From NCBI RefSeq assembly GCF_027921745.1, contig NC_079238.1, forward strand, positions 3,162,001 through 3,226,000: a stretch of DNA of 64,000 bases, given 5' to 3'. How positions within the stretch are numbered: position 1 is the stretch's first letter; each line of letters opens with the position of its first letter. Source of the DNA: Schizosaccharomyces osmophilus. Taxonomy: Eukaryota. The notes under the pieces were generated by a model. That model did no database searches and had not been told where the DNA came from. It saw only the letters and a program-made list of their open reading frames with translations. This document shows positions 56,460 to 64,000 of this stretch, piece by piece. The position numbers and the translations under genes were made by a program.

Positions 56460-58285
56460 ATGGGATTTGGTAAAAAAAAAGTTTCTTACTTTTATGACGG
56501 TAAATACATGCAAACATAAAAACTATTCAACTAACTGATCACAGAGGATGTCGGAAATTACCACTATGGTCCACAACATCCTATGAAGCCGCATCGTGTG
56601 CGAATGGTAGGAACATCAATTAACTTGAGGATATTGAAATTAACTTGCGCAGGTTCACAACTTGGTCGTGAACTACAATTTGCACGAAAAAATGAATGTT
56701 ATTGTAAGATTTTTGAAATTCGTGTTCCAATTATATCTAACTGTCAAAAGACACCTGTTCGGGCTACACTAAACGATATGACTCGCTGCCATACTGATGA
56801 ATACATTGACTTTCTACATCGAGTTACGCCAGATACCATGGAAAAGTTTCAACCCCATCAGTTAAAGTGTATGTACACGTTTACCTAAAATATTTTGCTA
56901 ACCGAATTGATAGTCAATGTCGGCGACGATTGTCCAGTATTTGAGTATGTGGAAGCTCTATTCCTTAGGTGACTACATTTGCTAATTTTTTTTACTAGTG
57001 GCCTCTATGAATTTTGCTCAATCTCCGCTGGTGGATCGATCGGTAAGTACTTTCAGAGTTGGATTAATTAACTAACCCAAATAGGTGCGGCTCAAGAATT
57101 GAATTCTGGTAACGCTGAAATTGCAGTCAAGTAGGTGCTATTGTTTTCCTTTAATAATAATATTTATTAACAAAACAAGTTGGGCTGGTGGTTTGCATCA
57201 TGCAAAGAAAAGAGAAGCCTCGGGTTTTTGTTATGTTAACGATATCGCCCTTGCAGCATTGGAACTTTTGAAATATCATCAACGTGTTCTTTATATAGAC
57301 ATCGACGTCCATCATGGCGATGGTGTAGAAGAATTTTTCTATACGACTGACCGAGTTATGACTTGTTCTTTCCACAAATTCGGCGAATACTTCCCTGGAA
57401 CTGGTCACATCAAGGTTTGCAATACAGGTAAAAATGCTTAACTAACATCACTATAGGATACCGGTATTGGGGTTGGTAAAAACTATGCAGTAAATGTACC
57501 TTTGAGAGACGGAATAAATGATGAAAATTATGAAAGTGTTTTTAAGCCAGTAAGTAACTTTTACGAAAAGAGACACATTTACTTACTTCTTTTAAGATCA
57601 TTAGCCATATTATGCAATGGTTCCGACCAGAAGCAGTCATTCTACAGTGCGGTACAGATTCGTTAGCTGGTGATCGACTTGGCTGCTTTAATTTGTCAAT
57701 GAGAGGTATGACTTACCCAGCGTAATCTAGCAGCTAATCCTTGTTAGGTCATGCCTCGTGTGTTCGGTTTTTGAAGAGTTTCAAAGTGCCTCTGATTTGT
57801 GTGGGCGGTGGTGGCTACACAGTTAGAAATGTCGCTCGTGTTTGGACTTATGAAACAGGAATTCTTAACGATGAAGAATTGGATGAAAGTATGTGATTTA
57901 AGGAGCCTCCAAAGTGCATATATACTAACATAAAAAGATTTGCCGTATAACGATTATCTACAGTATTATGGACCTGACTATAAATTGAATGTCTTGCCGA
58001 ACAATATGGAAAATCACAATTCACGACCATATCTAGATGCTACAATGTATGGTGAAATAAAGCATGTTGAACTGCTCTGCTAACGTTTTTAAGTGCGGAA
58101 ATTATAGAGAACCTAAGGAGCCTGGCTTTTGCTCCAAGTGTACAAATGCAGCGTAAGTGTCTAAAAGATATTTAGAAGTCCTTTATGTTGAGCTAACAAT
58201 GATAGCACGGCCTCAAGATTTTACTTTTGAGAAAAAAGAGGAGCAGAAGGTTGCTACGGAAGAGATTATGGATGAACGAGTATGA
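56460..58285 (+). CDS. clr6: Class I histone deacetylase Clr6, 405 aa, 14 exons
   Basis: [46 protein letters not shown]. Introns 56500-56544, 56607-56652, 56704-56750, 56869-56913, 56945-56998, 57043-57084, 57131-57179, 57415-57456, 57550-57596, 57706-57747, 57889-57937, 58047-58093 and 58153-58205 give a 1218-nt uninterrupted frame. Confidence 0.96.
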
Positions 58286-58507
58286 AGCGATCATACTTAC
58301 GGCTTTAATAAGCTCTGATTAATTCTTTTATTTTTCTAGGACAGAATATATAAGTATACTTTTTAATACCTAAATATACATCTGAATATATACTACCACA
58401 ATTGTAAGTATTAACCATTCATTAAGGGTATTTTCAAAACCATAAAGCATGTGAGAAAACTAAAACCAAAAGCAAACATAATTCAAAAAAGAAAGCTCTA
58501 ATGTTTT

Positions 58508-59621
58508 TTAAGCCAATACAATGTATTTTTTGTATTGGGGTTCGATTGCGTCGTACAATCCCTTCGTTTCCAAGAAAGAACGACTGAACAATCTTGTAGC
58601 GTACTTATGACCTGTATCACAAAGAACGGTGACAATAGTTTTACCAGGACCCAAAATCTTTGCCATCTCGACAGCGGCAACAACGTTCAAGGTAGAAGAG
58701 CCTCCCAAAAATATACCGTCTTGGTCTAACAGACGATATAACATATTAATAGATGATTCGTCGGGAATTCTCAAAGCATCGTCAAATAAGCCATAAATAT
58801 GCTGCATATTTCCAGTGATACGACCTTGACCGATACCCTCGGTAAAGGAAGAACCACTGTTATCGGGCTTTTGGCCCTTCGTCTTAAAATGACTGTATAA
58901 GACACTTCCAGGAGGATCAGCTATGAAGGAAGAAACGCGACCTTCCGATTTTTCCTTCAAGAACTTGGTGACACCAGCTAACGTACCACCGGTACCGGTA
59001 GAGCAAGTAAAGCCATCAACTTTACCGCCTGTCTGTTCCCAGATTTCAGGTCCAGTGGTTTCGTAATGAGATTGCAAGTTGGCTACATTATCAAATTGAT
59101 CAGTCCAAACAGCGTTTGGAATCGACTCGGCATGACGACGAGCTTGGTGGTTAAAATTTTGTGGATTCGTGAACGGGACAACAGGAACTGGATACACCTC
59201 AGCTCCCAAGTACTTTAAGGTATCGATTTTATTTTGAGATTGGGTGTTGGGCATGTAGATGATGCATCTATATCCACGAGCCCTGGCAATATGAGCAAGT
59301 CCAATTCCTGTATTACCTGCGGTACCTTCTACCACAGTGCCACCACGATGCAATGTGCCATTCTTCTCAGCATTTCGCACCACATAGTAAGCAGCTCTGT
59401 CCTTTACACTTCCACCAGGATTTTGGAATTCTGAATACGAATTAGAAAATGCCCAATTCTTACTTTTTGAACGAGTATGACTTACCAGCTTTTGCAAGAA
59501 TGTTGCAACCAGTTTCTTTCGAAAGAGCATCAAGACGAATTAAAGGCGTACGGCCAATTGCTCCAATAAATCCATCAACAACGCTAGGAAATTTTGTCTG
59601 CAAAATGCGAGAACTCATCAT
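58508..59621 (-). CDS. cys11: Cysteine synthase (O-acetylserine sulfhydrylase) Cys11, 352 aa, 2 exons
   Basis: [23 protein letters not shown] (PLP lysine), [17 protein letters not shown]; intron 59431-59485. Confidence 0.95.
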
Positions 59622-59682
59622 CAAACTCCTACAGTGTGATACGCGCTTGGCAAATTCTCACTACTTTGCCTTAATTATATTT

Positions 59683-59728
59683 ATTGCGAGAAGCTGGAAT
59701 GACGCAATACCGCTGAATGCTTCGCAAT
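59683..59728. promoter_or_regulatory. Three clustered ATTGCG/CGCAAT bZIP half-sites, including ATGACGCAAT, upstream of cys11
   Basis: ATTGCG 59683-59688, ATGACGCAAT 59699-59708, CGCAAT 59723-59728. Confidence 0.45.
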
Positions 59729-60041
59729 TACCGTTACATCCGAAAAATGGCCTTATGAAATTTTAATAGCTTAACGAGAGATTCCGCACATCGGTAAGTT
59801 TGGCACGAAATGATAGCGATCGAGCGGCTAGCTCAATACTTGACTTGGTTTGTAATAGAAGGAAAAAAGAAATTGGATAGACAAAATTGGGAAACAGAGC
59901 AAGAGAAAATGATAAAGAACTTCTTATTTTACAATAAATGAGTCTTCGTAAATTTATTACCCGTATCTATAAACCATAAATAACCCTTAAAATATGAAAC
60001 CACTTCACCAAAATAATCACCATTACCAAAATTTCACCAAA

Positions 60042-62225
60042 TTAACCAATGTTATGTTCAAACGAATAATGCTCCATTGCCTTCTTCTGCATCCTGGCAG
60101 AAATTGCCGCCGGTGAATTATCCTTTCTCTGTTTTGGACGTGCACTAGCAGTACCGCCTTTTTGTTTACTGTTACTGTTATTCGACATTTTACCAGGCGC
60201 TTCACGTAACGCAAAAGACTTGGCAATATGGCCTAGATGAAGATCACGCATGTTGAAAATCGATCTTTCCGAAGACAAATGTGTTGCATACGCACGAACA
60301 TAAGAAGAAAACGCCTTCTTTGCGACCTCCTTCAAGTCGGGATCCTCAAGAATCATTCGTTCAAGCTCAAGCTGCCATTCAGTCGCTTGGTCCTGCCATT
60401 CTAACTCACTTTTAGCACGAGATCCTGGAACAGAAAATCCACTGCTTAAAATGGATGACGGTCCATTCGGCTGCTCGGAAATATTCACCTTAACGTTGGC
60501 TCGTAACAAATTAATGTATTCAATTTCCTTGGGCAATAAAAACATAAAAGCAGCACCGCTATGACCAGCTCTAGCTGTCCGACCAATTCTGTGCAAATAG
60601 TCATCTGTGCTGAACGGGGCGTCATATTGGACAACTAAATCAATATTAGGTAAATCCAAACCACGAGACGCAACGTCCGTACAGAGTAATATACGAGGGA
60701 AATTGTTCTTTTCCGAAGAAAATTGAGACAACGTTGCCGTACGAGTTTGCTGCGAGAGAGATCCATGAAGTCTATAAACTTTTGCTTTGTTATTTAAACG
60801 ATATGCAGTGTCTACTGCTTGTTCACTAGAAGTTGGTATATTTTTCGTTTCATCTTCTTTTTCCTCCAGCTCGTTCTCTGATTCCGCTTTTCTGCGGCGG
60901 AAAGCCTCAAAATGAAAGTTTACACTGTCTGCACATGATAAAAATACGATAATCCTTTGATTATCTTTCAAATTTGATCGCAAAACGGAAGCCAAACTTA
61001 CTAGTCTCAACTTTGGAGGAATCACACAATACCGCTGAAGTAATTGCGCAGGAGCAGAAGACTTGTGTGTTTTTTGATCTTCATTCTCGTCGGTAGATGA
61101 AGATGAAGACCTGAGATACATCGCGTCCTTCAATGCAGACTGACTCAACTGTTTGACGGTATCCTTTATAGTAGCAGAGCATAGTACATTGACTTTTCGA
61201 GATGGCATACTATCCCCTAACGGATATGGTGAATTTTGGGAGTCTAAATACTTCAAAATTTTTGTAATTGTTTCTTCGAATCCCATGTCCATCAAACGAT
61301 CGCCCTCGTCTAACACAACCCACCGCACTTGACTAAGATCCAATACTTCCGTATTCTCTATATGATCGGCAAGTCTTCCTGGAGTGCCAATTAGAATATT
61401 AACTCCTTTGCGGATCCTGGATTTCTCACTTTTCTTCTTTTCACCACCGATCACATTACAGGAAACTATCCAATGAGCCAACCGGTTATTTGTAAGATTA
61501 TTTGCAACAGTATAAATTTGTTGACAAAGCTCGCGCGTTGGAGCAACAATTACAGCAAACAAACCGCTTGTTCGTGAGCGCTTTGTGGGTGGAAGTCGAA
61601 TCAATCTTTGAATAATAGGCAGTAGGTATGCCAATGTTTTACCGGAACCAGTTTCGGCTTCAATAAACGCATCTCTATCATTACCGTTTAACAAGGCAGG
61701 TAAACAAGAATTTTGAATATCGGTTGGTGCAGTAATATTCATCTTTTCTCCAAGGTGACTAGCCAATTGAGAATCCAACTGAACACCAGCAAAAGTTGTG
61801 GTTGACATAGGTGCGTTAGATGGTGCTTCTTGATTCTGAGTATCGAACATGTTTTGATTTTGGTCCTCTGCATCATGATGAGTCGACGAGAGATGTTCTT
61901 TTGAATCACCGGTAAATAAAGAAGAAACGAAAGTGTTGTCATGTTTTACTGGTTTCGCAACAGAAGGTGGATTGAATCCTGAATTGGGAGTTGGCTTTCT
62001 CCGTTTTGACTCGTTCATGGACGGTATATTTTCTTTCCGCTGTACTTTAATTTGATTATTTACAGCAGGAGAATGGTCTGTTGTTGGCAAAGAGGTAGCG
62101 GCCTTTCTTTTTTGATCTTTTTTGTCTTTCACACGATCCTTCCATCGCCCGCCGGAATTTACACGATTGACCGATGAGCTAGGCTCATCAGTAACAAAAT
62201 TTAATAACAATGATTCCTCTGCCAT
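60042..62225 (-). CDS. dbp7: DEAD-box RNA helicase Dbp7 (60S biogenesis), 727 aa
   Basis: AETGSGKT, PTRELCQQ, DEGD variant motif II, SAT, HRIGRTAR; C-terminal LHLGHIAKSFALRE. Confidence 0.93.
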   Translation of the reverse strand: MAEESLLLNFVTDEPSSSVNRVNSGGRWKDRVKDKKDQKRKAATSLPTTDHSPAVNNQIKVQRKENIPSMNESKRRKPTPNSGFNPPSVAKPVKHDNTFVSSLFTGDSKEHLSSTHHDAEDQNQNMFDTQNQEAPSNAPMSTTTFAGVQLDSQLASHLGEKMNITAPTDIQNSCLPALLNGNDRDAFIEAETGSGKTLAYLLPIIQRLIRLPPTKRSRTSGLFAVIVAPTRELCQQIYTVANNLTNNRLAHWIVSCNVIGGEKKKSEKSRIRKGVNILIGTPGRLADHIENTEVLDLSQVRWVVLDEGDRLMDMGFEETITKILKYLDSQNSPYPLGDSMPSRKVNVLCSATIKDTVKQLSQSALKDAMYLRSSSSSTDENEDQKTHKSSAPAQLLQRYCVIPPKLRLVSLASVLRSNLKDNQRIIVFLSCADSVNFHFEAFRRRKAESENELEEKEDETKNIPTSSEQAVDTAYRLNNKAKVYRLHGSLSQQTRTATLSQFSSEKNNFPRILLCTDVASRGLDLPNIDLVVQYDAPFSTDDYLHRIGRTARAGHSGAAFMFLLPKEIEYINLLRANVKVNISEQPNGPSSILSSGFSVPGSRAKSELEWQDQATEWQLELERMILEDPDLKEVAKKAFSSYVRAYATHLSSERSIFNMRDLHLGHIAKSFALREAPGKMSNNSNSKQKGGTASARPKQRKDNSPAAISARMQKKAMEHYSFEHNIG

Positions 62226-62629
62226 TTGTAATTATGAAAATTGATAGGCATGGAAGTTGGTTGCTTCTACCAAGTACTGTTTTCTCTTCTGTTTAGTGGG
62301 ACTCGTTATAGTATGTAGAATACTGACTCCAAATTGAACGAATGAACTGAAACAGTTTCAATCTGAATAACGAAAAGCAAGATTTTATAGAAATAAACAA
62401 AAATAAAAATAAGAAGGAGTCTTAGTTTGCTAATTAAAAAACCAGGTCATTCGCAAGTATGTAAAGAAACTCATTTCGTGAAATATTCATATACTTTACA
62501 ATAGCACTTACGTGTGAACAGATACCTTTTTCTAGTAACTATAATACTGTATATAGAAACAAAAGGTTGAATGACCTTCGGGCATTTAACCCGTATTAAA
62601 CATGAAAAGTAAAACATGACTGGAGTCCA

Positions 62630-63280
62630 TTAACGGTAAAAGTCTGGACGCTTTAAATTGATACCATACTCGTTCAATGCCGAGCTCAAGTCATCAACGG
62701 TTAAGACGGCTTTGCCCCGATCACCTCTCCGAGTTGGACCACCGGCGGAGGCACCTGCAGCACTATAGTTTGGTGCGTTAAACCCGGTAGAAGAAGTAGA
62801 GCTACTACCAGTACGAATTTTGGAATACTGATAGGCATCTTGAGCAATATCAGAAATGAATTTTTGAGCGGCTAGGCCCAAGAGCTTCTTAAGACGGGAG
62901 TCAGCACACCGAAAACCTGAAAGACTCAAGTAATAGTCAAGTAAAACATCAGGAATTATAGGAGAGTAGTCATCCATTTCATTCATGAATTCTTGGAGTG
63001 TTTTATTTTTTGCCATGTCTCTTAATTCCAAATAAGGTTCAATTACATAGTTCGACCCATTTGCACGACGAGGCATCTCGTCTTTTCCCTCATCTTCTCT
63101 GAAACCGTCTCCGGAATGTTCATGTTCTTTTGCTTCCGATTGTTCTCTTTCTTCTAGGCGTTGCTCAGTATTGCTGGATTCCTGTAGATCGTCAAGGCTC
63201 ATAGCATCGTTGTCTTCGTCGGACTCCACTTTAGTAGTGAAATTTTCGTTTATTTCCTCTTTAGGCTCCCTTTCATTCAT
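62630..63280 (-). CDS. taf10: TFIID/SAGA subunit Taf10, 216 aa
   Basis: MDDYSPIIPD...LAAQKFISDIAQDAYQY...LTVDDLSSALNEYGINLKRPDFYR; ATG at 63280. Confidence 0.96.
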   Translation of the reverse strand: MNEREPKEEINENFTTKVESDEDNDAMSLDDLQESSNTEQRLEEREQSEAKEHEHSGDGFREDEGKDEMPRRANGSNYVIEPYLELRDMAKNKTLQEFMNEMDDYSPIIPDVLLDYYLSLSGFRCADSRLKKLLGLAAQKFISDIAQDAYQYSKIRTGSSSTSSTGFNAPNYSAAGASAGGPTRRGDRGKAVLTVDDLSSALNEYGINLKRPDFYR

Positions 63281-63935
63281 TGTAAAAACCTGTTGTTGTT
63301 CTTGCAAGCGCTAAATAAACGTTCCCAAAAATTAAAGCAAGTAAAGGTGATAAGATGATATCCTCTATTATAACTGAAAATGCACCAATTTTATCCAATA
63401 ATCTAAATACTGGAACAATATTTTTCCTTTCAATAGCCTTTGCAACTATGATACGATGCCAAAATTCCTAAAGCTGAAATGGAACGATATTGGAAGAAGC
63501 TGATGGCACATTGTACTAATGCAAATATAGGCGATGATTACCATTCCTATTTTAAAAAAGCTAATCAAGCAAAAAATATTTATTTTTGATCCCAGAAGAT
63601 TCCTTTTGTCTCCTTCATTTTGAAATTGCTTTGTTCCTAAACTTTCGCCGTTTATTGACCACCCTTCAAAATATTGGTTTACCATAAGCTCACCACGAAG
63701 AGCAAGCATTTTCCTATACTAACTAGAAATTGAAAGGACATACTAAAAAGGATAGTTTTGGAAGCGTCTTGGTAGTTTATTTTCTGTATACTGTATTGAC
63801 GGACCGACTTTTTCATTGTATATCTAAATAAATATGCAATGAATATATCTTTTTGAAGTAATCGATTTCTGCAATTGATTTACATATATCTGAACGATAG
63901 TCATATAGCTTTAGTCTTGAAAGACTGCAGAAAGC

Positions 63936-64000
63936 ATGGGACCCAAGACACGGCGTAGAAATTCTAGCCCTGATGAATATAATACAGCGGATGAGGAAGA
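63936..64000 (+). CDS. Probable 5' end of a gene running off the window (MGPKTRRRNSSPDEYNTADEE...)
   Basis: ATG in AGCATGG context, open to the window edge, protein-like composition; too short to identify. Confidence 0.4.
   Translation, partial: MGPKTRRRNSSPDEYNTADEE

Noticed and set aside
56583..58030. Apparent pseudogene-like fragmentation of clr6 (also wdr83, git7, spo9, cog2)
   Set aside because: Fully explained by canonical introns giving intact frames.
63446..63709. 87-aa minus-strand ORF upstream of taf10
   Set aside because: No recognisable motif; lies in a likely divergent promoter; cannot be supported from sequence alone.
1..64000. CRISPR arrays, prokaryotic defence systems, LTR/Tf elements, wtf genes, 5S rDNA
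   Set aside because: Eukaryotic housekeeping region; no repeat-spacer array, transposase/RT ORF, LTR or 5S match seen by eye (a database search would be needed to exclude degenerate relics).

Overview
Eukaryotic, gene-dense, AT-rich fungal DNA with short GT-AG introns and CTAAC-type branch points. The proteins are recognisable orthologues of Schizosaccharomyces pombe proteins but not identical to them, so this is a non-pombe fission yeast (S. octosporus/cryophilus/osmophilus clade, by inference). Gene order: swi1 (3' end), rad3, mxr2, NAD(P)-binding protein, mcp5/num1, psy2, erg1, pmp3, pam16, coiled-coil protein, mim1, ppn1, adl1, wdr83, pwp2, dld2, ubp15, git7, single-pass membrane protein, ups2, sap61, cog2, elp1, spo9, clr6, cys11, dbp7, taf10 and a probable partial gene at the right edge. 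I rebuilt spliced models by hand; the ORF track misses or breaks pmp3, clr6 (13 introns), wdr83, spo9 and others. I found no tRNA, rRNA, transposon/LTR or CRISPR. This is mostly ordinary housekeeping genome. The best leads are all hypotheses: (1) a structured, repeat-bearing region upstream of erg1 with tandem Mmi1-DSR-like TCAAAC motifs, possibly an upstream lncRNA or long-leader control element; (2) a coiled-coil orphan with GM130/Bug1-like termini; (3) a dense DSR cluster inside the mcp5 CDS; (4) dual in-frame starts in mxr2; (5) a structured long intron in pmp3; (6) a synteny break between cys11 and dbp7. S. pombe names and synteny are from memory, not a database search.
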